Of a stretch of 64,000 nucleotides of DNA, positions 1-11,145 are shown piece after piece. This stretch comes from a virus. Taxonomy: Duplodnaviria; Caudoviricetes. Position 1 is the first letter of the stretch; each line of letters starts with the position of its first letter. Below the pieces are notes generated by a model, which worked only from the letters and a program-made list of their open reading frames with translations, was not told where the DNA came from and did no database searches. Both the position numbers and the translations under genes were made by a program. Where the stretch lies: positions 32,001 through 96,000 of IMG/VR virus record IMGVR_UViG_3300026549_000039. One strand, given 5' to 3'.

Positions 1-1
1 T

Positions 2-3000
2 AGTAGTGTCGCCGCTCGGGTGGTTGTTGAGCTCCAAAACCTTAACCTTATCGGCATCTTGACCCGTCCAAGACAAGTACAGCATATCGCTACCTGGTAA
101 GTCAGCGGGGTCTGGCACTATCAGCTCTACGTTCGACAATCTATCACGTAGCAGATTGTTTTTCAGTCGGCACTTCCTAAGCAGCTTTGTGCCATTTGAT
201 GCATCTGTAACATCAATACCAGCCCCATAGCTGTTCGGTGGCAGACCATCTCCAATGCACACATGGAAGAATGGATGTACCGTATAGAAGTGTTTTCCTC
301 CAAACAGAGAAATAGCTGATACCAGGTCCCCATTTGATGCTACGTTAGAATTAAACGGATAGCTAAACGGGAATATGTTAGTGCCTAGAGTTTCAACAGC
401 CCCTGTTAGAGGATTGATTAGCACCAGCTTCTCATGGTAGTTCGAGAACGCCATCAGCTGTCCCGACACATGGCAGATACCAGCAAGGCTTGGGAACTCA
501 TAAGACTTACTGATCTTAGGAAGTTCAGTGGATACAGGCAGCTTGTTGGTGTTGTCAGGACCAAAGCTATACTTCCTAACTGCCCCAAGAGTGTTGTAGT
601 CGCTGCGGTACATTCTATTTGCTTCCTTGTTTAGAGCTGGTATGCCATAGGTGTACCTAAACGTTGCTACATCGCGTAGGGCTATTACATCGTTGATGAT
701 TCCACTGGTGATATCAACCTTCCACAGAGCCATCTGCCATCCTTCACCAGTAATCTCAATACCGTCAGCCACAAGAGGATCTATGATGGGCTGTTTCGGG
801 GCAACCTCCCAATGGAACCCAAGGATGTAAGTATAAGGATACATAACAGCAATACCTTTAGGCCAGTTAATGTCATCATCGATCTGGAAATCCTCTGGCA
901 TAACATCGCTGATTCGTACCCTAGACATTGTATCCTTGTGCAGGTCCCACTCCATGTACGTCCGGCAAGTACCAACCACCAAGTTGGACCCCTCGACCTT
1001 AGCGCTATCAGCATACTCAGTACGGCCATACAGAACCAGGTGGTCATCCTCTTCACCATCAAGGTAATGGATGTCTCTGGTATGACATAGGCCATATACA
1101 TCTACCAGTCTGCCATAGGGTGTATCAAATAGCTCCTTGGAGTCAATGACCTCTTTAAACCTGGTTACATACCGTCCTACGTACTCCTTTGGATCACTGG
1201 CGGTGACACCATCCACGTCATTGACCTCAACTCTTATCCTGTAGAACTTCTGCATCTGAGCTGAAGCAGCCACCACAACCCAATCCTTTATATCAGGATC
1301 GTAGAACGGTGTGGTCATAGCTAGGTCGCCCACGTCGCAGGCCTTATCCCCTGTCCAGTCATCCAGGTCCATCATCATAGGCTTATCTGCTATGGGATAC
1401 CCAACCAGCGGTACAGTATCCTGATCAATGGTCATAAGAATAGTCCCAGTAATCTGCGTTGGTTGTAGATTGTTGAGCTGAACCATCTTCATAACTTGCC
1501 AGTACTTGTAATCACCGTCAGAGTCTTGCCTCTGCTCAGCCAGCCAGTCTATACTCGGACCCTCAGCCGTTAAGATGTTCATACCAAGATAGGGTGCCAT
1601 CGTAGTTGCTGGCTTCAGCTTTGCCTGCATAGAGGTAGGCATATGTTCGCTGTTTACTACAGACAAGCAATCCGGCGCTGTTTCAACAGACCAGAACGGT
1701 TTCCATAGATATGTACCAGCAGGGGTACCCTGGGGTAAGAACCCTACAAATGCCATAATCATTCCACCAAGTATTACTCCCTGCGTTTTAGTATTACTAT
1801 TAGAATCCAAGCCAAAAGTAGGGTTCATCGAAGGATTACACCAGTTGATATAAGCCGTACCATGCCATGTGTACCCCACCTGTGCGCCTCCACTAACATA
1901 ATCCGCCATACCTATATGGTACCCAAACTGATCCCTGTCATACCCACCCATTGGATTATTGCGGCTTCCATAGCTCATAGTTGGATCCATAGATATCTTC
2001 TTTGGTACATACAGGTCTGCGTTACCGTTAGTGTGATTATTAGTAGTAACCTGAGTCCACGAAGAATCAGCTTTAAGCACTAGATTTACCTCATCCTCAA
2101 GGTCGTAGGCCTGAAGGATAGTGACACGGGTTGCTGTATTAAAATTTAGAACTGGGCTATAGCAATGTTGACCTATAGCTACTGGAATATACGTTGGTGT
2201 GATAGAAGAAGGCAGCAATGTGTTATGGTACATGTAAGTATAGTTGTACTGTGGATCAGAGGGCATTCTAAATGAACCGGCAGGACCTTCCCTATGGCTG
2301 ACGTATTCTAACTCGGAAGCACAAAAGGGTAATACCATGCCGTCAGGTAAGTAGTCTGCTTCAAAGCCAACTTTAGCAACTTGCTCAAAATATTGATCAC
2401 CGCAGTCTAACATATCACCCATTTTTGCGGACTTGAACACACCATTAGCTTGTGAGGCAATATGCTTATGTGTTATACCAGAACCGGCCTTACCATAGGA
2501 CAGTGCGCACGGTTTATTGGTATCTCTGACAAAGATACCTGTGCCTACAGTAGTGCATCCAGTTTTATACCCACACGCATACCACTCAGTCTCGTCGTCA
2601 ACCATACCCTTTATGATCTGGTAGTGAGGTAAGTTGTGCAGAGTATCTGTTTCCACTACTTTGTACCAGGCAGCCGGTTGCTGACCACCCTGGCTACCCG
2701 ACTGGCGGTATAGGGTCATCGTACTCTGAGTGATCGCATTCAGCTGGTCTCCTGTTACAAGGTATGTCCCACTCTTGGAATCCAGCACAACCTCACCACG
2801 CATCTTAATAAGACCTGCTGTAGCTCCAGGAGGTAATGTACTTTCATAACCCATCTTTCCCCAGGTTGTGTTGGACATACCTTTAGCACTGCTTACAGGT
2901 ATATAGAACCACTGGTCCTGACTAAGATTGCTCTTCACCTCTATCTCATACTCAAAGGGGGACAAGCATGTTACCTCAACAGCGTCCTCGTCAATAATTT

Positions 3001-3457
3001 TTGACAGAAAGGTTTTATACCCAGTCTGACCAGGCTTCTTTGTCTCTAACGCTTCACCATAGTAGTGTATAGGAATGTTATCCATAGCCAGTAGGCTGAT
3101 TGAAGACGGAGCAGAAGCTCCAGCCATAGTCCTAGCCTGACCAGCCTTCTTAGAATTAGGTACAAACACATTAGCGGGTATACCCAGATCGGCTCGATGC
3201 TGCCTAAAACTGGCTGTCAGGCGCACCGAATCATCGTCATAGTGCAGACCGGAATGCAGCCAAGCTGGGTGTGTTGCAATAATTTTCAGTGCTATGATGT
3301 CACCCTGCTTAAGCGTGTATGAATTTGGGGCAGCCATTATACGCCCAATACCAGGGTACATAAATTCTCGAACATCAGCAGCACTGCCTAGCTGAACAAA
3401 ATCCTCCAGCTGAAACAGTGAATCTACTGGGCGTATTACTTCAGGTCTAACTGGCAT
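2..3457 (-). CDS. Large virion/tail-associated protein (>1150 aa, runs off the left edge), beta-rich with an Ig-like C-terminal module
   Basis: Missing from the ORF track because it has no stop in the window. Its ATG at 3457 overlaps the TAA of the upstream gene (TAATG). Manual translation (MPVRPEVIRPVDSLFQLEDFVQLG...) stays open to the edge, ending ...GIDVTDASNGTKLLRKCRLKNNLLRDRLSNVELIVPDP...LYLSW, which resembles the C-termini of neighbouring proteins. Confidence 0.75.
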   Translation of the reverse strand, partial: MPVRPEVIRPVDSLFQLEDFVQLGSAADVREFMYPGIGRIMAAPNSYTLKQGDIIALKIIATHPAWLHSGLHYDDDSVRLTASFRQHRADLGIPANVFVPNSKKAGQARTMAGASAPSSISLLAMDNIPIHYYGEALETKKPGQTGYKTFLSKIIDEDAVEVTCLSPFEYEIEVKSNLSQDQWFYIPVSSAKGMSNTTWGKMGYESTLPPGATAGLIKMRGEVVLDSKSGTYLVTGDQLNAITQSTMTLYRQSGSQGGQQPAAWYKVVETDTLHNLPHYQIIKGMVDDETEWYACGYKTGCTTVGTGIFVRDTNKPCALSYGKAGSGITHKHIASQANGVFKSAKMGDMLDCGDQYFEQVAKVGFEADYLPDGMVLPFCASELEYVSHREGPAGSFRMPSDPQYNYTYMYHNTLLPSSITPTYIPVAIGQHCYSPVLNFNTATRVTILQAYDLEDEVNLVLKADSSWTQVTTNNHTNGNADLYVPKKISMDPTMSYGSRNNPMGGYDRDQFGYHIGMADYVSGGAQVGYTWHGTAYINWCNPSMNPTFGLDSNSNTKTQGVILGGMIMAFVGFLPQGTPAGTYLWKPFWSVETAPDCLSVVNSEHMPTSMQAKLKPATTMAPYLGMNILTAEGPSIDWLAEQRQDSDGDYKYWQVMKMVQLNNLQPTQITGTILMTIDQDTVPLVGYPIADKPMMMDLDDWTGDKACDVGDLAMTTPFYDPDIKDWVVVAASAQMQKFYRIRVEVNDVDGVTASDPKEYVGRYVTRFKEVIDSKELFDTPYGRLVDVYGLCHTRDIHYLDGEEDDHLVLYGRTEYADSAKVEGSNLVVGTCRTYMEWDLHKDTMSRVRISDVMPEDFQIDDDINWPKGIAVMYPYTYILGFHWEVAPKQPIIDPLVADGIEITGEGWQMALWKVDITSGIINDVIALRDVATFRYTYGIPALNKEANRMYRSDYNTLGAVRKYSFGPDNTNKLPVSTELPKISKSYEFPSLAGICHVSGQLMAFSNYHEKLVLINPLTGAVETLGTNIFPFSYPFNSNVASNGDLVSAISLFGGKHFYTVHPFFHVCIGDGLPPNSYGAGIDVTDASNGTKLLRKCRLKNNLLRDRLSNVELIVPDPADLPGSDMLYLSWTGQDADKVKVLELNNHPSGDTT

Positions 3458-4026
3458 TAGAGCTCCTCCTGTTCATCCTGAGTCGGTATAATTCTAAACT
3501 TGCAGCGAAGAGTGTATGACCACTCTCCACGCTGTAACTTAACAGGCTCTACGGTAGCCGACTCAGCAAACGCTACATTGTAGGTCATGCCACTAGGCAG
3601 AGTCAGCACGTAATCTTCTTCGCGAATTACCAGGTACTCAGTAGGGAATGGTTCGTCATCACCAATCAGGTTGCTATGGTATATCTTAATAAAGTTTACA
3701 TAGTCCTGTTTGGACAGGAATATCCCGTTCCCTACTTCAATAACTCGCAGATAGTTCAAAGGCCTGTTGAGCTGTATAGCCTCGCCCTTGATGAGCTTTA
3801 TCCGTGATAGCCTAGCAGGCACATGATAGTCGGGCAGAAAAGTATCATCATAGAACCTGCACTTCGTTACATCATCAGCACTAGGGTGAGCCAAGGCGCT
3901 CAGGATGAACGGCTTGGCTCCAGTGCTGCTGATATTACCATAATACTGAGGGTCGATAGAATTAGGCACCTGTATCGTCACCTCCAGTAAACGGATCACT
4001 GGCCTTGTTCCAGTACATCTGTACAT
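3457..4026 (-). CDS. Putative tail/baseplate protein (Dit-like C-terminus); true start probably GTG near 3970
   Basis: Coupled to both neighbours, with a GGAGG SD before GTG-CCT-AAT. C-terminus YVLTLPSGMTYNVAF...YTLRCKFRII parallels that of 18197..19246. Confidence 0.5.
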   Translation of the reverse strand: MYRCTGTRPVIRLLEVTIQVPNSIDPQYYGNISSTGAKPFILSALAHPSADDVTKCRFYDDTFLPDYHVPARLSRIKLIKGEAIQLNRPLNYLRVIEVGNGIFLSKQDYVNFIKIYHSNLIGDDEPFPTEYLVIREEDYVLTLPSGMTYNVAFAESATVEPVKLQRGEWSYTLRCKFRIIPTQDEQEEL

Positions 4027-5689
4027 TACTCAACCAATCCTGAACGGATGGTGAACCATACCCTGTACTGTTGTCAGCCGGTATATATCCTACGCCCTTG
4101 AACGGATCCTCAACCCAACCGCCCTGCCACTGCCTAGATGGAACAGGAGGAATAGGTCCAATAGGATCAACATCGCCAAGATCAAAAATGACTTCGTTAC
4201 CCTTACCGTAGTTGGATATACGGCCACCATGGATAAACCACTGTATGATTGAGGACATCTCATGGCTGCATGTAGACATCCTAACATTGATCTCCCCAAG
4301 CAGCTCATCAGGTACGAAGTTCAAGTAAGCCAGCACCCACGTTTCACATACAGTTATCATAACGTTAGCCCTAGCAGCCCGAGGAAGGTTATCTGGATTG
4401 AACTTAACGTAGGCTTCACCCAGCCACGATATAGGGTTCATCTCCAGCAGCACATCCTCCTCACGGAACTGTTCAGTATGTATGAACAACGTGGTCTTGG
4501 CCCTGAAGGACTCAGCCCTAGTATGCACATCCACTGTGCGCTCTATCTTTTCGGGCGCACTCCAAATGCGCAGAGCTGTATTCTTAATAGAACGCATCAG
4601 GCTAAAGCTAAGTAGCTTCTGGAACGCAGACGCTGTAAGCTGAATAATAGTCCAGATATTCTCCTTTATATCTCTTCGTACAGCATGGGCTTTAACAGCA
4701 ACTTCCTTCTTGTGCGTCTGGGCTTCTACATGGATCATGTTCTTCATATTCTGTACATTCTGTGAGGCTGTAGAATGCACTCCTATAGTGTGCTCGACAT
4801 CATAACCCTCAAGCAGGAACTGAATGTAGGATAGAATCCCCACCAGGTCCTTACCAGTCAGGTCCACACTCAGCTTGAACATAGCTTCAAGCTGAGTGTT
4901 TAATGTCCTAACACACATCTTGAACATAGATTCCAGCTCTACGCTCCATAGATGTACCTGTAGTTTGGCTATGTTGCGTAGATCTGATGTTCCAGCATTA
5001 GCTATCAGCTTAGCAATATGAACATGGTCCTGATTCCTGGTATGAACCAGCATATTGCACTGCCTAACTATCTCATCCAGCACATTGCTAACCCTTAGAG
5101 CAATCATCCTATTGGTACTGAGAGTATTAACACTGACCCTAGCTTTGTTGATTATCTCGTTCATAAGCGTGCTGAACTTCAGTTTGTACTGTTCATGCAG
5201 AGTATGGCTGTGGTTAAACATAGTAAATATTAACCGCTTAATACCTGTTACAGTAAAGCATAGTTTAATCCAGTCAGTAGTCTCAATACCACCCATGTGC
5301 ATGTAAGCATGATGCAATTCGCCTGTGTTGTGGCTGCTGGTAGCAATAACCTCCACCCGATCATTTGCTGATATGATGTTAGCTATGACATTTATGCCTG
5401 TCAGGACATAATTCCATATCCTAACAATCAGTGGAATCCTGAACCTGGTTGCACCTACCATAGACTGAACAGGTAGGTGGAAACCATGTATGTATATCCT
5501 CCCCCGATGATCCAAACCTGTATAACGGACAGGGATAAACAGGACAATCTGTGTTCCTGCTATCACACTACCATATACTGGTAGGAGGGTAGCGGTTCCT
5601 ACCACATTACCGCGCATACTTATTGCAGACAACGAGGGCTGCCAAACATATACGGGCTGGTTAGGAACCGGAACAACTACAGATGCCAT
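3962..5689 (-). CDS. Hypothetical structural protein, 575 aa
   Basis: Long ORF with AGGAGG SD, inside the tail operon; no recognisable motif. Confidence 0.6.
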   Translation of the reverse strand: MASVVVPVPNQPVYVWQPSLSAISMRGNVVGTATLLPVYGSVIAGTQIVLFIPVRYTGLDHRGRIYIHGFHLPVQSMVGATRFRIPLIVRIWNYVLTGINVIANIISANDRVEVIATSSHNTGELHHAYMHMGGIETTDWIKLCFTVTGIKRLIFTMFNHSHTLHEQYKLKFSTLMNEIINKARVSVNTLSTNRMIALRVSNVLDEIVRQCNMLVHTRNQDHVHIAKLIANAGTSDLRNIAKLQVHLWSVELESMFKMCVRTLNTQLEAMFKLSVDLTGKDLVGILSYIQFLLEGYDVEHTIGVHSTASQNVQNMKNMIHVEAQTHKKEVAVKAHAVRRDIKENIWTIIQLTASAFQKLLSFSLMRSIKNTALRIWSAPEKIERTVDVHTRAESFRAKTTLFIHTEQFREEDVLLEMNPISWLGEAYVKFNPDNLPRAARANVMITVCETWVLAYLNFVPDELLGEINVRMSTCSHEMSSIIQWFIHGGRISNYGKGNEVIFDLGDVDPIGPIPPVPSRQWQGGWVEDPFKGVGYIPADNSTGYGSPSVQDWLSNVQMYWNKASDPFTGGDDTGA

Positions 5690-5713
5690 TTGTTCTTCCC
5701 CTCCTACTCTATA

Positions 5714-6787
5714 CTACGGTAACTTTGTATAGTCCACCACTAACTCAATAGCAAACGTGCCAAGATCAATGCCATACTCAGGATGGAATCTCACAAAGAA
5801 GTCTATAACAGAGTGACCAGACACATCACCCAGAGAGATGGTCTTCTCCCACGGTCCTACCTGCGTCGTAGACAACCAGGTCCTGTCATCAGCCATTATC
5901 TTGGGATCATCAGTCACGCTGATTGTGATTGCCTGTCTCATGAGGTCTGTCTTATTGTCCAGACGCAGGTGCTTGACAACGTTCTCGCCAACTTCAACGT
6001 TGTCCATAATGATCGCCTCAATCTCTACAGCCGTACCTGTCAGATCGTCTACCTCGTACAACTTGTACCAAGGCTCACCATACTGGAGGATCAGATTGTC
6101 CACACACGCCAGGAAGAAATCCTTCCCAGGCTCGCTGGGTAGAGGTACTCGACTCCAGGTGATGTCTCCATCAAAGCACCTGTTATAAATCTCGTAGGTA
6201 TACCGCTCGCGCCCAGTCTCGTTAAACACATCCGTCATGTATACGAGGTCACCCTTGACTGGATCAACTACCACAAACCGTCCATTCACACCGTCCCAAG
6301 AGATAGCAGCAGGAGGGTATGGAGACTGTGTGGGTACACCTGTATACCCCTGATCCACAACAGCTAAGGTGCCAAGAGCCAGCTTTCGGATCATATTGAA
6401 CTGAGGAAAAGTAACCCAAAGGGAGTTATCCTTATACTCCACTCCTGAAGCTCCTCGGCACTCAGGGAAGTCGGAGAGTGGGTCGCCCCACTTCTCCTCT
6501 GTAAAGTCAACCAGGTCCTTGCGCCACACTTCCCCATTCTTCAACAGCATAATTATACTAGGATGATAGGCTGCTGCTTCGAGATAGCATATACTCTGTA
6601 CTTCACAGAATGTGGCGTACCCTAAAGCATTTGCACTCCACATAATTGCGTCGGAGAGAAGGTCATAGCAGACCAGCTTGTTGCAGCCATTTACAACAAC
6701 AAACAGCTCGTTCTTGGATGTCAGGCATAATCCACCATAATTATACCTGTTACCCATCAGTGCTATGCCTTTGACTGGTGTTCTCAT
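5714..6787 (-). CDS. Beta-propeller (NHL/YncE-like) plus C-terminal Ig-like domain tail protein
   Basis: Blade-like repeats (GVEYKDNSLWVTF, AISWDGVNGRFVVVD); C-terminal VVKHLRLDNKT...WLS...ISLGDV...FFVRF. Confidence 0.55.
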   Translation of the reverse strand: MRTPVKGIALMGNRYNYGGLCLTSKNELFVVVNGCNKLVCYDLLSDAIMWSANALGYATFCEVQSICYLEAAAYHPSIIMLLKNGEVWRKDLVDFTEEKWGDPLSDFPECRGASGVEYKDNSLWVTFPQFNMIRKLALGTLAVVDQGYTGVPTQSPYPPAAISWDGVNGRFVVVDPVKGDLVYMTDVFNETGRERYTYEIYNRCFDGDITWSRVPLPSEPGKDFFLACVDNLILQYGEPWYKLYEVDDLTGTAVEIEAIIMDNVEVGENVVKHLRLDNKTDLMRQAITISVTDDPKIMADDRTWLSTTQVGPWEKTISLGDVSGHSVIDFFVRFHPEYGIDLGTFAIELVVDYTKLP

Positions 6788-7233
6788 CAGATAACCCCCT
6801 CAACCCAAACAGTGTCCTCCTCACGGTCAATGGCTACAACTGCCCAAGTGATAGCTTTAACTCTACGCCCCTGAGCATCTGGATCACCTGAAGAGACCTG
6901 CTGCATTGGAACATTCTCAAGCTCCTGCTTTGTGATATCCTGTAGCAGAGTGCTCTTAATGCTGCGGTCATTTAAATCCAAAGCAGCGCCGACTACCGAC
7001 GAGTTCCAGTTACCAGATGGATGTGTTCCTAGTACCATCTGACGCGCTTCATCTGTTGGATAAATAACGCCCTCCAGCAGGAAGTGTCCTGTATCCTTAT
7101 CCCTTAGTGTGTAATGTAGCTTCTTCAGATTAAGACAGCCGTCTGTCTCAGTTCTGTAGTCGATGAAATCTACAGTGGTGGCATTACACCTCATACTAAA
7201 TCCCTCCCTACTATATCGACAGTGGTACTTCAA
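6787..7233 (-). CDS. Hypothetical protein, 148 aa
   Basis: ORF overlapping both neighbours (TGATG coupling at 6787) in the operon. Confidence 0.6.
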   Translation of the reverse strand: MKYHCRYSREGFSMRCNATTVDFIDYRTETDGCLNLKKLHYTLRDKDTGHFLLEGVIYPTDEARQMVLGTHPSGNWNSSVVGAALDLNDRSIKSTLLQDITKQELENVPMQQVSSGDPDAQGRRVKAITWAVVAIDREEDTVWVEGVI

Positions 7234-10200
7234 ACCTAGGAATGTACATACACTCCTTAACCATGTTGATATACTTCGATTCCCAGTAAGTATAATGGAA
7301 CCTAAACGTTACCTCAAGCTCAGCCACGTCTCCTGGAGCCAAGGTAGGATTGGTGTTGATCGTGACATCCTGGATCGATATACCATGCACCACAGAGGCC
7401 CCATACATCAGCTTCAGCGGTAGTGTTCTAGTACCACGATTCTTCACGTACAGTGTCCTCTTAAAGATGTAGTCATTCTCTGTAGCCAGCTTCTTTACCG
7501 ACTCCTCAAAATCCCCAGAGACAGGCCAGAAGTCCTCCAGAAGCCAACCAGCTAGTTCAGTCCCTCCAGAATCACACGGTATAAGTTCGGAACCTGGATC
7601 ATCATACACATTAAAGTCCATAACCATAACGTTAGCTACGGTCTCAGACTGCAACACAACGTTCCCAACAAACAGCGTTGCCATGTAAGGATCCGAGTAT
7701 ATCTTATTGAATGGCGTCAGCTGGTAGGGATTCGGAGTATCGCCATTAAACAGGAACTCGGGGTTTGGCCTAAACTTGTGGTCAATATATGCAGGAAGTA
7801 TAGGAAGACCGGAAGCTGGGCTTAGCCACTCAACATACGCAAACATATCCTCTGGTTTAACTCCAGGAGGAATAAGCAGGTCGTTGACAGAATCATCATC
7901 CCTGATTCCTCCCCATATACCACCCGGAATCAGCCACCTGAATTTATCCGGCACAGTATCCAGATCAACATCAAGGTACGTCATAGTCTCGTAGACATTA
8001 TCACCGAGCAGCTTAACGTCAAACTTCTGTAGCGGCTGGTCTGGCTTCACTGGGATATCCATACCATCGCCTTTAATCTTTTCAGAATAAAGGTGTGTCA
8101 ACCTAGCAGTCATACCAGTAGGCATGGTATAGATAATATGGTTGAAGAATCCTGGATTCTGATCCCATATAGTGCCGACAGCACCATCCTGGCTATTGTT
8201 GTTGATGGTGTAGTCCTCTACCTTATGTGTCATCTCTTCTCCAGACGGGTTAAAGATAGCCTGCCAATACATCTCAACAGGGACAGACTGGCCGGGCTTG
8301 ATAATGTTACCCTCCGGGTAGTTAATAAGGATGAATCCCATACCGGCATGGTTGGGTAAAGAATCCTGTGTAAGAACAACGTGCCCAACGTAGGACCTAG
8401 AGTCAGACTGGTTGACTATGTACCACGTCTTCTTGTTGTACTTCAGTTCATAGTCCCTGTTTGTCTCCCAGTAAAGAGGCCCGCGCACTTTCAACCAGCA
8501 GCATCCAGTGGTGCTTATATTCTGACCAGCAATTCCATTTATAGACCCTGGAGAAATACTCTCATACTTCTTGCTCTGTAGGATTTTATCTGTCAGAACA
8601 TAAAGCCTCTTGTTAATCCAAGACTGCTGATAGGTAGCGTCTCCCTCTTCATAGGAAGTAGCTGTCACATAGGCCAGTGTGTAGAGAGGATCAAAGGCTA
8701 TCTGCTTGCTCAACCCAGGTATAAAGTTCCCCTGCTGAGTATCCTCAACAAAGTACAGGTCATAGAACGGCTGCTCGTAGTCCGGTACAGCTCCACCATA
8801 GGCGCACGATAAGATGTGCTGCATCCAATAGGATACTTTGTAATGGATATCCAGATGCCTAGTACCAGCGTCAGTATTTGATGGATTATAGGCTACCTCT
8901 ACAGCAAGGACCGCTGTTTCCTTTGGGCCAAGCTCTGTCGGAAAACCGTTAAGCGTAACAGTAACATCATCCGGTTTGTCAAGCAGCTCTATCTCCATAC
9001 GCTTCATCGTTCCTGTGTTGGACTCATTACGCACCAGGAACGACATATTCATAGTTTCACCAGGTATCAAACCGGGGCAGTAAAGGCTATCCTGTGGCCT
9101 TCCTCCAGATGCTGGATAGTCATCATAGATGGTGAGGAAGTTCACCGTGTTCCTATAAACAGACCCGTTCGATATGTAGCTGATGTTCTCATGGTAGGCA
9201 GTTACATAGCTATTGGTTGCAAAATCAGTGGCTGGCGTATACTGGTACAGGATCGTAGGCTGCCAGGCAGCTGCTACTGTAGACCACCAATCTTGGGTTT
9301 CTCCAGAAGCTCCAGCCTCAACAGCAATCTTCTCAGCCATATCAAAAGCCATAACTGGACCCCAAGCTCCAGCCATGCTGGTTAGAGTTCCACCAGTTTG
9401 GGTAAACAACGGGTCAAAATACTTGCCAGGGTTGTTGCCTACCACACAGACCTTAATATCCTGATCGTTTAAGTAAGCAATAGCGGACGCCATAGAAATC
9501 GGGTCATCTTCATCACCAGCATCCGTTATCAGGATAATGTACTTGGTCCTGGACTTCATTGTCCTGTACTTGTACTGGGATGCAGCCCAAGTTAAGGCTG
9601 ACCAGTGCCAAGCCTGTGAGCCTGAATTGATGTAACCAACCCTCAGTGTATCTGCCATAGACTGAGCCCCTGAAGTAGAGGTTGTCCACATGGACATGCT
9701 TGCTGTAGACGTATCGTATATAGATCGCTGTCTGGTAGTATAAGCAGCCACTCCTATACGCAAGTCCGTAACATGTAGGGCGTGTAGTGTGTTCATGAAG
9801 TTTTTGATGTTGCCCTGTATCTGGGAGATATGGGGACCCATCGATCCAGACGTATCAACCAGGAATACGATGTCAGCCTGGTAAGGAGCAGTAGGAGGCT
9901 GTAGCTCAGGGCTAAGACCCGCAAACAGGTCGCATACATCAATGATAGTCCACACAGCCTCGCGCTCGGTAGGCTCTGGATTGGATGTGGCCTCCCATTC
10001 CGTAGCATATCCAATATAGGTTACATTTCCACCACCAGGAGGCCCAGCTGATATTTCCCTAGCTGGGTAGTACTTATCAGCAACAGCACCCCCACCCCAG
10101 GCTTTGTCACTAAAGATGTAGGAATCATGAGGGTCGTCAGTGTTAGCACCCATGGATACTCGCTTCGGATTCAAGAACCTTGACTTTTTATCCTCCAGCG

Positions 10201-11128
10201 TAAGGATGTACCTACCGTCAAACATAGTAAGACTGTATTTATATGGCTGGTGCTCTTCGCCTTCATCGAAGCTGAGACAGTTATGCGTCGGCCCCAGCAG
10301 GGCAAAACGCATATTCATACCACCCTTATCCAGCACAACAATATACTGCGTGTCTACATTAGCCGAGAGATGTGGCCCAAGCCATACCTTTATGCGGCTG
10401 CCAATCAGCACTACATACCTTCCGGCCTCGTCTATGGCTATATTGCAGTACTTGGTATTGAAGGTGCCTACAAAGAACGACGACTTCAAGATGTTTACGA
10501 TTGTGTCAACCTTGGGTTCTGGGTACACACAGGTTCGACCTGGCGCTGATGCAGTCTTCAACTCGTAGCCTAAAGCAATCTCATCGGGCTTACCCGAAGC
10601 TACAAGATTAGCGAAGAACTGTAGACCGCTCAGCTTAATCTGGTAGCGGGGGTTGGTGGAATCGGCGTCATGCTCAAGCCCCATATCCTTGAAGTCAAGC
10701 TGATACCTAGCAATAGAAGCCGTTCTGGTATAGCTGTTGCATATCAGGAAGGACACAGTTATCTTATCAAACGACTCCTCATGATGAACACACATATCAG
10801 TGATCTCATCATACTGTGTGTAGTTTGGGCATGTTTCGACAAGGTAGGTATAGCTACCAACTACCTCATGCGATTCACCGTTTACCAGGTAGATCGTAGC
10901 CATGGTGGGCTGCGCCAAATCCAAAATGAGGTAGTGTTTTATCTCGTCAATGTAAATACACCGCCTAGGCTGGAAGTGCCAGTCCTGTGGAACATTCCCG
11001 TGAATCTTAAATGTCTCTTCTATATTAAGAGACACAGGAAGATACTGCCCAAAGAAGTTATAAGGCAGTAGCCTGGACGGATCCACAGAATTAGCATTTC
11101 TGGATCTGTAAATTAGGTCCTTAAGCAT
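7211..11128 (-). CDS. Large tail adhesin with a von Willebrand factor A domain and Ig-like (ASH/CARDB-type) modules
   Basis: MIDAS motif DIVFLVDTSGSM and later ILITDAG. Ig-like segments SFLVRNES...ELGPKETAVLAV and LYVKNRG...LAPGDVAELEVTF. Confidence 0.7.
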   Translation of the reverse strand: MLKDLIYRSRNANSVDPSRLLPYNFFGQYLPVSLNIEETFKIHGNVPQDWHFQPRRCIYIDEIKHYLILDLAQPTMATIYLVNGESHEVVGSYTYLVETCPNYTQYDEITDMCVHHEESFDKITVSFLICNSYTRTASIARYQLDFKDMGLEHDADSTNPRYQIKLSGLQFFANLVASGKPDEIALGYELKTASAPGRTCVYPEPKVDTIVNILKSSFFVGTFNTKYCNIAIDEAGRYVVLIGSRIKVWLGPHLSANVDTQYIVVLDKGGMNMRFALLGPTHNCLSFDEGEEHQPYKYSLTMFDGRYILTLEDKKSRFLNPKRVSMGANTDDPHDSYIFSDKAWGGGAVADKYYPAREISAGPPGGGNVTYIGYATEWEATSNPEPTEREAVWTIIDVCDLFAGLSPELQPPTAPYQADIVFLVDTSGSMGPHISQIQGNIKNFMNTLHALHVTDLRIGVAAYTTRQRSIYDTSTASMSMWTTSTSGAQSMADTLRVGYINSGSQAWHWSALTWAASQYKYRTMKSRTKYIILITDAGDEDDPISMASAIAYLNDQDIKVCVVGNNPGKYFDPLFTQTGGTLTSMAGAWGPVMAFDMAEKIAVEAGASGETQDWWSTVAAAWQPTILYQYTPATDFATNSYVTAYHENISYISNGSVYRNTVNFLTIYDDYPASGGRPQDSLYCPGLIPGETMNMSFLVRNESNTGTMKRMEIELLDKPDDVTVTLNGFPTELGPKETAVLAVEVAYNPSNTDAGTRHLDIHYKVSYWMQHILSCAYGGAVPDYEQPFYDLYFVEDTQQGNFIPGLSKQIAFDPLYTLAYVTATSYEEGDATYQQSWINKRLYVLTDKILQSKKYESISPGSINGIAGQNISTTGCCWLKVRGPLYWETNRDYELKYNKKTWYIVNQSDSRSYVGHVVLTQDSLPNHAGMGFILINYPEGNIIKPGQSVPVEMYWQAIFNPSGEEMTHKVEDYTINNNSQDGAVGTIWDQNPGFFNHIIYTMPTGMTARLTHLYSEKIKGDGMDIPVKPDQPLQKFDVKLLGDNVYETMTYLDVDLDTVPDKFRWLIPGGIWGGIRDDDSVNDLLIPPGVKPEDMFAYVEWLSPASGLPILPAYIDHKFRPNPEFLFNGDTPNPYQLTPFNKIYSDPYMATLFVGNVVLQSETVANVMVMDFNVYDDPGSELIPCDSGGTELAGWLLEDFWPVSGDFEESVKKLATENDYIFKRTLYVKNRGTRTLPLKLMYGASVVHGISIQDVTINTNPTLAPGDVAELEVTFRFHYTYWESKYINMVKECMYIPRFEVPLSI

Positions 11129-11145
11129 CTAGCTACCATCCTTTC